Assembly: GCA_015233675.1 (NCBI GenBank)
Contig: JADFXH010000001.1
Location: 209,138-273,137 of the forward strand
Source of the DNA: Candidatus Omnitrophota bacterium
GTDB lineage: Bacteria; Omnitrophota; Gorgyraeia; Zapsychrales; Fredricksoniimonadaceae
Length of the DNA stretch: 64,000 bases
Direction of reading: 5' to 3'
The translations under genes were made by a program, and so were the position numbers. Within the stretch, counting starts at the first letter, position 1. Each line of letters opens with the position of its first letter. The notes under the pieces were generated by a model, which searched no databases, was not told the origin of the DNA, and saw only the letters and a program-made list of their open reading frames with translations. Positions 9,519-19,682 of this stretch are shown here, piece by piece.

Positions 9519-10617
9519 TCAAATCCTTGGTCACAACCGCTTCGGCATCCAGACCCGAGGGAATTTTGTGCCCTTTTTTGTGGTCCTCAATGCGCTGGAT
9601 CTTGCCGTCTAATTTTTTAAAACTTTTCTCAGAAATATCCGCGTACTGACCGCTGAGCTTGTCGACCAAACTTCCCAAATCTACAAAGCGGGTTTTAAAT
9701 AATTCATAATCCTTGGCAAAGCCCTCGATGAGCTCAATGATCTTCTTGATGTCCTTTTCAAAACGGAAATGCTCATGGGCCTGGCGGACAACGCTTAACA
9801 TGGCATACAAAGTAAAAGGCGAACAAAGTACAACTTTTTGTTTAAGGGCAAAATCCATGACGTCAGGCATTTTTTCCTGAATGAGACCAAAAACCTGTTC
9901 ATTAGGGATAAACAGTAAAACAAAATCAAGGGTATTCTCTGATGGATTAATATAATCACGGTTCTGGATCTCTTTAATACGGTCTTTGACGTTTTTAATG
10001 AATTCCTTTTCGTAACTGTCTCTTTCTACGCCTTGCGCCGCATTGACCATTTGAAGATAATTATCAAGAGGAAATTTAACGTCCATATTGATGCAATGAC
10101 CCTGTGGCAAAAGAAAAGTGTAGTCTGGTTTGGTCAATGCAGCATTAACATTTTGCTTAAGATAATTGACATTTTCAATAAGTCCTGCGTAACGGATAAT
10201 ATCTTCAGCCATGCGTTCGCCCCATTGCCCGCGCAATTTGACATTGCCTAGAATATTGTTCAATTTAACTGTTGTTTCCTGAAGTTTCTGGGTAGCAATG
10301 GAAGCATTTTTAAGTTCATTCTCGAGGCTGCCAAACTTTCGGGCGTGATCCCCCTGGGACTCCCGCAGCATCTGCTGATATTTACCCAACTCTTCTTTTA
10401 ACCCTGCAACAGTGTGTTCAATGGCCTGTTTGCGCATATCAAGCTGGGAAACCGCCTGGCTCGAAGAAAGTTCCATCTGCGCTCGCGCGGTCTGCAGGAT
10501 CTGTTCTTGTGCCAGACGCATATCCTGAGTGATTTGCTTGCGCATAAAAAAAACTAAAACCACCATGGTTGCAACCAAAACAATGATACAGATGACACCT
10601 AATAGAATGACTGACAT
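9505..10617 (-). CDS. rmuC: DNA recombination protein RmuC
   Basis: N-terminal TM, long coiled coil and a C-terminal RmuC domain. Start set to the ATG at 10617, which has a GGGAGA RBS. Confidence 0.75.
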   Translation of the reverse strand: MSVILLGVICIIVLVATMVVLVFFMRKQITQDMRLAQEQILQTARAQMELSSSQAVSQLDMRKQAIEHTVAGLKEELGKYQQMLRESQGDHARKFGSLENELKNASIATQKLQETTVKLNNILGNVKLRGQWGERMAEDIIRYAGLIENVNYLKQNVNAALTKPDYTFLLPQGHCINMDVKFPLDNYLQMVNAAQGVERDSYEKEFIKNVKDRIKEIQNRDYINPSENTLDFVLLFIPNEQVFGLIQEKMPDVMDFALKQKVVLCSPFTLYAMLSVVRQAHEHFRFEKDIKKIIELIEGFAKDYELFKTRFVDLGSLVDKLSGQYADISEKSFKKLDGKIQRIEDHKKGHKIPSGLDAEAVVTKDLIDAS

Positions 10618-10991
10618 GTCAATTTCTCCCATTTGACCTGTTTGCCGTCGTGGTCAAAATATATATTCACCTCATCCTTGGCAGTTCTATAAATAGCATA
10701 ACGGTAAAGCCATTGCTGAGTACCATCTCTCAAATCCTTTTTAATAATGGGATCACCGAAAGAATGGACGAATGAAGCTTCGTTTTTATACTCACTGATA
10801 CGCCCCTCTGCAATAATTTTTGTCAAAGCATCATAATGGTCATTAATAGATTTGACCAGGCGATGCTGGTTATCCTGTTCCCGTGAAAACTGCCCCAGCA
10901 GTGAAATCTGATCGATATTCTCAAAGGCACTGCAGCCGGATAGACATAAAAGTATCAACAAAAAATAGGGAATAATTTTCTTTAGTATCAT
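10599..10991 (-). CDS. hypothetical lipoprotein
   Basis: Lipobox LLCLSGC after a signal peptide. The ORF-track N-terminal extension is encoded inside the 27-bp palindrome and is probably spurious. Confidence 0.55.
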   Translation of the reverse strand: MILKKIIPYFLLILLCLSGCSAFENIDQISLLGQFSREQDNQHRLVKSINDHYDALTKIIAEGRISEYKNEASFVHSFGDPIIKKDLRDGTQQWLYRYAIYRTAKDEVNIYFDHDGKQVKWEKLTCQSFY

Positions 10992-11028
10992 ATTTGATAG
11001 TCTGTCATTTTCTTGCAAATAGCTGGTA

Positions 11029-11085
11029 GTGAGCATAGATATATTACTTTCCACAATGTGTGGAAAGTAATATATCTATGCTCAC
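11029..11085. repeat. perfect 27-bp inverted repeat with a 3-nt spacer
   Basis: gtgagcatagatatattactttccaca - atg - tgtggaaagtaatatatctatgctcac. No U-tract follows on either strand. Confidence 0.9.
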
Positions 11086-11129
11086 TGCCCTATGCTCAAT
11101 TCTAAAATGAATACCTAATTAAACGAATG

Positions 11130-13073
11130 TCACTTGCTAATACGAATTTTTTCTTCTCGTAATTGATCTAAAATCACAACAATATCACGCATCCGTTTTT
11201 GGATTTCCTTAAGACGCACGCCGTACTCTTTGATCATATTGGGATCACGGCCAAAGGCATCGCTTAAAAACCGGGACTTTACATAACTTTCTGTTTCTAA
11301 TTGCTTGCTTTCAGTTTCCAAAGCCCGGCTTTCTTTTTTAATTTGTTCCAAACGCTTAAGGGCTTCGTTATGACGCTCATGCGCCTGCCTTAACTGCTGA
11401 TTTTTAATGTCTTGCGAAGAAGAGGGTGCAAATTTTTTGTTGTCCGTAACACCTTTAGACCTGTCGGCTTTCTGGCCTGATTTTTGCATCTCAATGCCTG
11501 CTTTTTTCTCCAGGTAATAATCCAGATTCCCGTGATAATTTTTAATCTCACCGGGCATGACTTCCACAATATGATTAGCGATATTCTTGACGAAAAACAA
11601 GTCATGACTGATAAAACATAAAGTCCCCTCATATTTCTGAAAACAGCTGGTCAAAGCCTCTACCCCGTCGATGTCCAAATGGGTCGTGGGCTCATCCAGG
11701 CAGATGAAATTAGGAGGATTGATCAGAAGCTTGGCTAAAATCAAGCGGCTTTTCTCTCCACCAGACAAAACACGCACGGGTTTAAAAACATCATCACCTT
11801 TAAAATTAAATACGCCCAACAGCGTGCGCGCCTGGGCCTGCGGCACACTGCGCAGTGCCGCAGACATCAATTCTTCCAAAACAGTACGGGTCGGATTTAA
11901 GACATCGAGCCTGGTCTGGGAAAAATAACCCAGATTCACCTGATGCCCAAGCTTGCGTGCCCCCGAATCAGGAGATAAAACGCCCGCGATCATTTTTAAC
12001 AGGGTCGATTTTCCGGCACCATTGGGGCCGACTAAACACAACTTCTGCCCCTTGGTGATCTCAAAATCAAGGCCTTTATAAATCTGCTTATCACCGTAAG
12101 ATTTATCAATCCCGCTCATTGTTAATACAGTGTACCCGCTTTCTTGCGTCGAAGGGAACTCAAAATCACGAATAGAATGTTTTTCCTGCGGTATGCGGAT
12201 CTCTTCTAAGCGGTCGAGCATCTTGCGTTTATTGCGCACCGCAGAAGCGCGGTTTGGCTGGGCATGAAAACGTTCAGTAAAACGCTCTAACTGCTCGCGT
12301 TTCTGCTCAACGACCTTCTGCTGTTTCTCGAGCGTACGGTTGCGTATGGTCTTGGCTTCTTCATACGCTTCGTAATTACCCTTGACCTTGGTCATTTTAG
12401 CATCTTCCAGAATGATAGTGTAATTCGTCACATCATTAAGAAAAATTTTATCATGCGATATGATAATAAAAGTCCCGTCATAATTTGCCAGATAACCTTT
12501 AAGCCATATGGTCGCATCCAAATCCAGATAGTTGGTCGGCTCATCAAGCAGGATCAGATCATATTTGTAAGTCAAAAGTTTGGCCAATTGGGTGCGCATC
12601 TGCCATCCCCCGGAAAGATGGGCAATTGGCTTATGAAATTCTTGTTCTTTAAAGCCTAAGCCTGTAAGGATTTTTTCAGCCTTATGTTCCAGCTCATAAA
12701 TCCCCTTATGCTCCAATTGCTCCATAATATCCCCATAACGCGGGCTGTCTGCTTTATGCTCGTCTTCCAGATGGTGTTTTTCTTCTAGCAAACGGCGAAT
12801 CTCTTCATCTCCGCTTGTCATCTCTTCCATAACCGTGCGGTCAGAAGCATATTTAGCTTCCTGGGCCAGGTATCCGATATTAAGCCCCTTTTGGACCTGC
12901 ACACCACCCGACGATGGTTCCATCTGCCCTAAAATAATTTGAAACAGGGTAGATTTACCGGCGCCATTGGGGCCCGTCAAACCGATACGCTCATTGGGAA
13001 AAATACTTAAGGACACATTTTCCAAAAGCATACGTTCATCAAAATTCTTGGATAAATTGGTAATAGTGATCAT
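11130..13073 (-). CDS. ABC-F family ATPase (EttA/Uup/YheS-like translation factor)
   Basis: Two ABC cassettes (GPNGAGKST twice), an inter-domain linker, a C-terminal coiled coil, and no TM domain. Confidence 0.85.
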   Translation of the reverse strand: MITITNLSKNFDERMLLENVSLSIFPNERIGLTGPNGAGKSTLFQIILGQMEPSSGGVQVQKGLNIGYLAQEAKYASDRTVMEEMTSGDEEIRRLLEEKHHLEDEHKADSPRYGDIMEQLEHKGIYELEHKAEKILTGLGFKEQEFHKPIAHLSGGWQMRTQLAKLLTYKYDLILLDEPTNYLDLDATIWLKGYLANYDGTFIIISHDKIFLNDVTNYTIILEDAKMTKVKGNYEAYEEAKTIRNRTLEKQQKVVEQKREQLERFTERFHAQPNRASAVRNKRKMLDRLEEIRIPQEKHSIRDFEFPSTQESGYTVLTMSGIDKSYGDKQIYKGLDFEITKGQKLCLVGPNGAGKSTLLKMIAGVLSPDSGARKLGHQVNLGYFSQTRLDVLNPTRTVLEELMSAALRSVPQAQARTLLGVFNFKGDDVFKPVRVLSGGEKSRLILAKLLINPPNFICLDEPTTHLDIDGVEALTSCFQKYEGTLCFISHDLFFVKNIANHIVEVMPGEIKNYHGNLDYYLEKKAGIEMQKSGQKADRSKGVTDNKKFAPSSSQDIKNQQLRQAHERHNEALKRLEQIKKESRALETESKQLETESYVKSRFLSDAFGRDPNMIKEYGVRLKEIQKRMRDIVVILDQLREEKIRISK

Positions 13074-13765
13074 TTCAAAAGCCCTACTTCCTGTTTAGTT
13101 AAAATTTTCCACTGTCCTTTGGGCAAACTCCCAAGCTGCAGCTTACCTATCGACAAGCGGCATAAATACGTAACATAATGGCCGACGCTTTTGGCCATCA
13201 TGCGGATTTGACGTTTTCGACCTTCATTAAGTGTGATCTTAAATTCGGTATCCGTGCCATTATACTTAACTTCCATGATACGGCAAGGGGCAGTTTTCTT
13301 ACCTTCAACAATAACCCCTTCTTCTAGTTTGGATTGCTTAAGTTTAGTCAATTCCCCTTTGACCCGCACCAAATACGTTTTATCCGCATGAAATTTAGGA
13401 TGGGTCAAATGATACGCCAAGTCCCCGTCATTGGTCAAGAGTAAAAGCCCTTCGCTGTCGCGATCGAGCCTGCCCACCGGCGCTAAATGGCGCATGGTTG
13501 AAGGCAATAAATCCATCACTGTTTTGTCAGCGTGCAAATCATCCTTGGTAGTGGTAAAACCGGCCGGTTTATTAAGGCAGACATAGGTGTATTCCTTGGT
13601 GCCGATTTTTTGACCGTCAACCGTGATCTCTTCGCTGCCCTCCACCGGTGTGGAAGGCTCTTTGACAATAAGACCATTGACCATGACCCGCCCGGCTTGA
13701 ATAATACTCATCGCATCCCGACGGGAACAAACGCCGTTGTGTGATAAAAATACCTGTAAACGCAT
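13070..13765 (-). CDS. rRNA pseudouridine synthase, RsuA/RluB family
   Basis: S4 domain followed by the catalytic motif VGRLDRDSEGLLLLTNDG. Confidence 0.85.
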   Translation of the reverse strand: MRLQVFLSHNGVCSRRDAMSIIQAGRVMVNGLIVKEPSTPVEGSEEITVDGQKIGTKEYTYVCLNKPAGFTTTKDDLHADKTVMDLLPSTMRHLAPVGRLDRDSEGLLLLTNDGDLAYHLTHPKFHADKTYLVRVKGELTKLKQSKLEEGVIVEGKKTAPCRIMEVKYNGTDTEFKITLNEGRKRQIRMMAKSVGHYVTYLCRLSIGKLQLGSLPKGQWKILTKQEVGLLK

Positions 13766-13786
13766 AAATTTTTCTACTTTCCGTCT

Positions 13787-14569
13787 TTAATTCTGTCTTT
13801 GCCGGATGGCTTCGTAAAGGATGATTGCCGCAGAGATCGACACATTCAAAGAGTCTGCCAGACCTTTCATGGGAATTTTCACTGTCATGTCCGCGGCCAG
13901 AGGCCAAAAGTCAGATAACCCTTGATCCTCACTGCCAAAAACTAACGCCCAAGCGCCTTTAAAATCTGCCTGAGTATATAATTTTGAGGCTGCGGGACTG
14001 GCCGCGCAGATCTTGATTTTTCTTGACCTTAAAAATGAAAATATTTCCTCATTCTTTTCACATACAACTGGAATTCGGAAAATGACCCCCGTGCTTGAGC
14101 GAATGACGTTAGGATTATACACATCGGTTTTAGGGTCACAGACTAATACAGCCTCAACCCCCGACCCGTCACAGGTACGTAACACAGCTCCCAAATTGCC
14201 GGGTTTTTGGAGGGATTCTAGAACTACCACCAAAGGCTCTTTGGATAATTTTAGATCCTTTAAGGTCAAAACAGGCGTCTTGGCCAATGCAATAATACCC
14301 TCATGACGCTCACCGTAAGCTAATTTTTCTAAAATCCTGTCGCTCACTTCAATAATTTCAACCTTTTTGGCTGTCAATTGTTTAAGCAAATCGGACTGTT
14401 GGCCCTTAACGTAAAATACCTTATCCAAGACAACACCAGCTTCAAACGCCCTCTTGATCTCACGGACACCATCGATGATGGTCATCCCCCTCTCACGGCG
14501 CTCACGGGCTTCGCGCAAGCCTTGAGTATCTTTGATCATCCCATTTTGTAAGCTGGTAATTTTATCCAT
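13787..14569 (-). CDS. SpoU/TrmH-class rRNA 2-prime-O-methyltransferase (RlmB-like)
   Basis: SPOUT motifs GNLGAVLRTCDGSGV and FGSEDQGLS. Confidence 0.8.
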   Translation of the reverse strand: MDKITSLQNGMIKDTQGLREARERRERGMTIIDGVREIKRAFEAGVVLDKVFYVKGQQSDLLKQLTAKKVEIIEVSDRILEKLAYGERHEGIIALAKTPVLTLKDLKLSKEPLVVVLESLQKPGNLGAVLRTCDGSGVEAVLVCDPKTDVYNPNVIRSSTGVIFRIPVVCEKNEEIFSFLRSRKIKICAASPAASKLYTQADFKGAWALVFGSEDQGLSDFWPLAADMTVKIPMKGLADSLNVSISAAIILYEAIRQRQN

Positions 14570-14571
14570 AA

Positions 14572-15180
14572 TTAATATTTGACCGAACAGCCATAGGATT
14601 TGGTAATCGCCATACTAACGGGCTCGCCGTTCATGGCGGCATCTAGTGCTGCTTTAACATAATTTTTAGCTGTTTTTACATCTGCGATATCCGCACTAGG
14701 GACATCATCAATAGCGCCTTGATAGATCAATATCCCTTTAGGATCAACCACAAACATATGCGGAGTAGTTTGGGCATCATATAAATGTCCAACCTTACCG
14801 TCTGTATCTAACAAAATTGCTGTCGGAAAAGCTCCTTTATCTTTCACAAACTGATTAAAACCTTGCGGAGTATAACTTCCTTGCTTGCCTGGAGCTGAAG
14901 AATTAATCGATAACCATATAACCCCTTTTAAAGTGTACTCTTTTTGTAATTGGGGCATGTTGCCACTATTGTAGTGTTTTTTTACAAAGGGGCAATCAGG
15001 ATTAAACCATTCCAAGACCACAAATTTGCCCTTATAATCCGACAAAGAATGTTTTTGACCGTTGCTATCTGTTAATGTGAAATCAGGAGCAGCTTGACCG
15101 TTGACCACTTGAGCCCCTGCCGACCCGCAGATCAACAACACTGCAACAACACTTATCAATACCTGTTTGATTCTAAACAT
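14572..15180 (-). CDS. secreted thioredoxin-fold (redoxin-like) protein
   Basis: Signal peptide and a thioredoxin-like fold with WFNPDCPFV. Confidence 0.6.
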   Translation of the reverse strand: MFRIKQVLISVVAVLLICGSAGAQVVNGQAAPDFTLTDSNGQKHSLSDYKGKFVVLEWFNPDCPFVKKHYNSGNMPQLQKEYTLKGVIWLSINSSAPGKQGSYTPQGFNQFVKDKGAFPTAILLDTDGKVGHLYDAQTTPHMFVVDPKGILIYQGAIDDVPSADIADVKTAKNYVKAALDAAMNGEPVSMAITKSYGCSVKY

Positions 15181-15225
15181 AATCCCTCCCTGTGTTTAAT
15201 ATGGTTCTGTCAAAATTCTTGCAGG

Positions 15226-17121
15226 TTATGCATGATTATTTACCCTCTCCAAAATCATTCCAGGCGTTATAATTTGTGGCAAAATTATAGGGGCATCTGC
15301 ACCCGGCGGATAATAAATATATACAGGAATACTATCCCTGTCAAATGAAGCAAGAGCCTGAGTTATAGAAGGGTCATATTTAGTCCAGTCCGCTTTAAAT
15401 GCAATGATTCCTTTATCTTTAAAAGCACGAACAACATCGGAATTTTGTAAAACAAGCCGGTCATTAACTTGGCAGTTAATGCACCATCCTGCTGTAAAAT
15501 CTATAAACACGCCGTGACCGCTGTGACGAGCCTGATTTACCGCCGTCGAAGAAAACCTTTGCCAATGCAATTCATCAGAGGATTTATAAAATTTTGAAAA
15601 ATCCACCAAGCCGGTTTGTGTCCCAACCACTCCCAAAAACCAAATAACACATACTAATAAAACAAACCCCAAAGCCCTTTTTAGATAGATCATCCACGCT
15701 CCCGGCCTGGGGGCAAAGGACAAAAGAAAAGGAAAAGCGCTTAATAAAACAAAGGGTAACGCCAATCCCAATCCTAAAAATGTAAAAATACCGAATCCGA
15801 TGATATTCGGTTGACTTATAGCTACGGCCAGCGCCGTTCCCATAAAAGGCGCGGTGCAAGGGCTGGCGACGATCGTCGTTATCACCCCGCTTATAAAGCT
15901 GGCCTTATAACCCGCTTGTCGTGTCGGTAACCCGTTAATCGAAGGAGCAGAAAATTCGAAAACACCAAAAAGATTTAATGCTAAAAAAAATAAAATCAAA
16001 GCCACGATAACAACAAAGACCGATGATTGAAACTGGAATCCCCAACCGGCAAATTGGCCGGCAGATTTTAAAATAAAAAGCAGCAAAGCCAAGGCCCACA
16101 CTGAAGCCAGAACCCCCAACGCATAGACCAATGAATGACGAAATGCTATTTTGCTATCCGGATGACGGTCAATTAAATAAAGGACTTTGATCGATAATAC
16201 CGGCAGCACACAAGGCATTAAATTAAGGATCAAACCGCCGATCAAGGCAAACAAACATGCAATGAAAAAAGGGATCCTTACAGGCACCACCTTAAGGGGA
16301 GCTTGAATGACAATGGCTTTCGTCTTTCCTTTCCCATCCCAGCCCGAAGGATTAACTGCAATACCCTCAAGGGCCTTTAAATCCACGTGATATAGATGAG
16401 ATTTAGTCATGATCAGTTGATATCCGTAGGGGACGTTGCGCGTTTCTTGAGGCGCAGCATGCTCAACAACATCATCACGAAAAGGATAAAAAATAATATC
16501 CCCTTGCCTTTTTAGCGGAGTTTGAATGTCCAGGCGCCATTGATTGCCATCAAGAGCGGCATGACTGGTAATGCAAGGGATCAGTTGGGGCAAATCCTGA
16601 CGGGTTTGATCAAATAAAGTTTTAAAACTGTTAAACTTAATATCGGAAATACTCGTCACTATCGGCTGTAAAAAATTTAGTTCAGCCTTTCCAGGAACAC
16701 ACGTGTCTTGACAGGCTAACCATTTTACACTGGCGTAAATATTTACATCTTTGGATGGCTGAAAACTCTTGTCTAGGGTAATAGGAACTAATAATAAAAC
16801 CTCATGTTCATACCCGAAACTCGTTAAAGGCCCCACATTAAGACGTTGAGGATATGGCCAATGAATATCCCCCGCATTAATACCCGATGACAAATGCCAC
16901 TTTATTTTGGGAGATAGTCCTGAGTCTCCTGGATTTTGCCAATATACATGCCAGCCATCATCAAGGATCAAATCAAGCCCGACCCAAAATGTTCCCCCTC
17001 GTACAACCGAGTTTTGTTCGCTGACAAGCCGCACATGAGTATGCGCCTGATAGACCTCTTGGGCAACAGCCAAATTAATACTCCCAAGCAAAAAGACCAG
17101 TAACCAACAAACCCTTTTCAT
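15226..17121 (-). CDS. dsbD: thiol:disulfide interchange protein DsbD
   Basis: N-terminal periplasmic alpha domain, a central CcdA-like TM domain (LPVLSIK) and a C-terminal thioredoxin domain with WCINC. Confidence 0.85.
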   Translation of the reverse strand: MKRVCWLLVFLLGSINLAVAQEVYQAHTHVRLVSEQNSVVRGGTFWVGLDLILDDGWHVYWQNPGDSGLSPKIKWHLSSGINAGDIHWPYPQRLNVGPLTSFGYEHEVLLLVPITLDKSFQPSKDVNIYASVKWLACQDTCVPGKAELNFLQPIVTSISDIKFNSFKTLFDQTRQDLPQLIPCITSHAALDGNQWRLDIQTPLKRQGDIIFYPFRDDVVEHAAPQETRNVPYGYQLIMTKSHLYHVDLKALEGIAVNPSGWDGKGKTKAIVIQAPLKVVPVRIPFFIACLFALIGGLILNLMPCVLPVLSIKVLYLIDRHPDSKIAFRHSLVYALGVLASVWALALLLFILKSAGQFAGWGFQFQSSVFVVIVALILFFLALNLFGVFEFSAPSINGLPTRQAGYKASFISGVITTIVASPCTAPFMGTALAVAISQPNIIGFGIFTFLGLGLALPFVLLSAFPFLLSFAPRPGAWMIYLKRALGFVLLVCVIWFLGVVGTQTGLVDFSKFYKSSDELHWQRFSSTAVNQARHSGHGVFIDFTAGWCINCQVNDRLVLQNSDVVRAFKDKGIIAFKADWTKYDPSITQALASFDRDSIPVYIYYPPGADAPIILPQIITPGMILERVNNHA

Positions 17122-17135
17122 CTACGTTCTCTCCA

Positions 17136-17965
17136 AATAGTGTCAGTTCTCCCTAACTGTATATTTATTAAATATTTATGGATTAATTGCCTTCCTTGGA
17201 CGACCCAGCCTGCGTTTTTTTGGTAGAATTGCTTCACGCTGTTTGCGAAAACTCTCTGACATATACTCACCGTTTTTTTCAAGGGTTTTTCGCACGGATT
17301 TTAGATGATCTCCATCGAGACGGCGACTCATCATTCCCTGGTACGCCAAACACCTCGCTGGTTCATCTGATCCTAATAGCTGGAACGCCGGATTCTTATT
17401 GCGATCGATCAATCTTGAATTTGCAGGATGAGCATTCAACCTGTAGCTCGAAAAGAGATAATCCCCTATATTGTTAACCATCATCGCTCGAAGAGGGTTC
17501 TGCTCAATATATTGCATGGCTGTAAAAAGATATTCATCATCACTTACTAAGGAAGAACTAAATCTCCCTTGCCATACATGCCCACTGCTTTTATATTTAA
17601 AGTTATACCAGCGATTATACGCCACAGTCAAGCTCTGCATGATTTTGCTGACCGTCCCCCACTCGCTTACCCGCAATAGAAGATGGACATGGTTTGTCAT
17701 CAAACAAAACGCATATAATTGAAACTTATATTTTTTTTTATAATGATAAAGGCAACGAAGATAATGCCGCTGATCAGCTGACTCTAAAAATATTGCCTGT
17801 CGATTATTCCCCCGGTTGATGATGTGATAAATTGCCCCTGGATAATGCAACCTATGATCTCGTCCCATAAACGCTCCTGCATTTTGCTATTCGCAGGGGA
17901 CGAATATAGTGAATTTAACATTAACTTATTGTACTTCAATAGGTTGGGGAGAACTGACACCTATT
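17136..17965. mobile_element. small IS200/RAYT-like element: Y1 transposase gene bounded by ~20-bp inverted repeats
   Basis: Left IR aatagTGTCAGTTCTCCCtaac (17136-17157). The reverse complement of 17943-17965 is aatagGTGTCAGTTCTCCCcaac. The element sits 15 nt upstream of the dsbD start codon. Confidence 0.7.
17176..17868 (-). CDS. IS200/IS605-family Y1 (HUH) transposase, REP-associated tyrosine transposase-like
   Basis: Motif GAIYHIINRGNNRQAIF and HUH motif HVHLL, with a downstream Tyr region. Confidence 0.8.
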   Translation of the reverse strand: MGRDHRLHYPGAIYHIINRGNNRQAIFLESADQRHYLRCLYHYKKKYKFQLYAFCLMTNHVHLLLRVSEWGTVSKIMQSLTVAYNRWYNFKYKSSGHVWQGRFSSSLVSDDEYLFTAMQYIEQNPLRAMMVNNIGDYLFSSYRLNAHPANSRLIDRNKNPAFQLLGSDEPARCLAYQGMMSRRLDGDHLKSVRKTLEKNGEYMSESFRKQREAILPKKRRLGRPRKAINP

Positions 17966-17980
17966 AGACACCTATTAAAA

Positions 17981-19606
17981 TTATTTATCAAAAACAGTAA
18001 GGGTAAATTGCAGAGGAACGTAACCCATACTGCTTTGAGTTGATTGAGGCTGGCCGATGCTCAATCGTTGCGCGTCAAATCCATGATTAACCAAGAACTC
18101 ATGGACCAATCGAGCTCTGTCCTGGGCCAGAGCACTTAAGGCCTCTTGGTCCGGCGGAGCATTTTCAATTAATTGGCGCTTAATTTCCTCGTCGAATTTT
18201 GTGTCTTTATACCTGCCAACCCCTTGCTTATACTTCTTAGCCAAAGCCCATAAGCCGCGGATACCATAACGGCGTTGATACAACAATTGATAAACCTTGC
18301 TATCTGAACGTCTGGATTCTTTCCTTAATTTTTCATAATCCTTTGTAAATACATCTGCCTGTATCGCCTTCCAGTCCACCTGCGGGTCATAACTCCCGTT
18401 AATTTCAAGACGAAGCTTGGGATGTTCAGCAATGCCCTTAATCAATGTGACTAATTTTTGCTGCTGGTTGACAGTTATAACAGACTTGCCAGGGGCAAAA
18501 CGGACATACCCTAATTCATCAGTACTACTATCCGAACCACCTAAGGCGGAGGCTAGAAATGAAAACGGTTTAGTAACAAGATTAAGAAAGAAATTACGAA
18601 TAACCTGGAAAATTAAATGAGTATATTCAAATTTTGGATCACTCATATCACCGGATGCAGGCAATGCAATTTTGATCTTTCCCTGTGGATCTTCCAGAAG
18701 AGCAACAGCAAGGCCAAACGGCAAATGCAAAGCATCCTTGCTTTCTACGCTATTGCCAAATTCAAATCGCTGGATCAAAACCCTATGGCTGGCAACAAGC
18801 TTATTAGCTCCTATGCGATACTCCATTGTCAAATCTAACTTGCCGCTCCTTAATTCACGCCCCGTATACTTGCCAACATAAGGCGTCAGAATTCCTAATG
18901 CGTAACCATTGAGACTAAATGTTGTTTCCATTTCCAATGGGTGGGATAAGAGTTTAATAATCGTTTCCATCGTAATCTTTCCCTTATCATCTAAATTAGC
19001 CTGAAATTTGATCTTAGCCTGGTCCTCTGGATTTGTTGTAACATTAGTAACATGTAATTCCATGGCCCCCAATATCGTTGAAAAATCAGGTTTAATGGTT
19101 TTATCGGTAAAATGGACCTGCCCTTGGCGCAAAACAATACTATCAATGATAACCTCCGGCAACAAAACAGGTTTGTTGATGCCGGCTGTTGATTGTTTGG
19201 GGCCTTTTGCTGGTTGAGCAGCTGCCTGGGGAACAAGTTCTAAAAGATTGATCTTATTACCGGGCAGTAACTCAACGTTGACCCGAAGCCCATCCAGCTC
19301 AAAAGTTTCCACGTGATAAATTTTCTTAAACAAATCAACAGGGCTCATTTTCACAAATAATTTGTCAAAGCCGGCCATAACCTGATTTGTATTGTCCAAA
19401 ATTTCAAAATTATTAAGCGTCAGTTGCAGTAAAAAAGGGTTAAGGCCTACTGAATGTATATGGACAGGGTGCTTAAGAAGCTTTGTCCCCTGGTTTGAAA
19501 TTGCCCAGGTAAGGACAAGCGGGATTACAATAAAACCTGTAATGGTATAAAACAGGAATATCCCTAAAATTGTTTTTAAAAAAATCCGTAAAATTTTTTG
19601 TAACAT
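17981..19606 (-). CDS. hypothetical membrane-anchored protein (AsmA/DUF748-like?)
   Basis: N-terminal TM helix and a large periplasmic region. Family assignment is uncertain. Confidence 0.4.
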   Translation of the reverse strand: MLQKILRIFLKTILGIFLFYTITGFIVIPLVLTWAISNQGTKLLKHPVHIHSVGLNPFLLQLTLNNFEILDNTNQVMAGFDKLFVKMSPVDLFKKIYHVETFELDGLRVNVELLPGNKINLLELVPQAAAQPAKGPKQSTAGINKPVLLPEVIIDSIVLRQGQVHFTDKTIKPDFSTILGAMELHVTNVTTNPEDQAKIKFQANLDDKGKITMETIIKLLSHPLEMETTFSLNGYALGILTPYVGKYTGRELRSGKLDLTMEYRIGANKLVASHRVLIQRFEFGNSVESKDALHLPFGLAVALLEDPQGKIKIALPASGDMSDPKFEYTHLIFQVIRNFFLNLVTKPFSFLASALGGSDSSTDELGYVRFAPGKSVITVNQQQKLVTLIKGIAEHPKLRLEINGSYDPQVDWKAIQADVFTKDYEKLRKESRRSDSKVYQLLYQRRYGIRGLWALAKKYKQGVGRYKDTKFDEEIKRQLIENAPPDQEALSALAQDRARLVHEFLVNHGFDAQRLSIGQPQSTQSSMGYVPLQFTLTVFDK

Positions 19607-19682
19607 CTTAAGTCCCCGTATATTCTGCCCTTCAATTAGACCTAAAATATTTTATATCTATTACATTTAAATGCATAGGATT

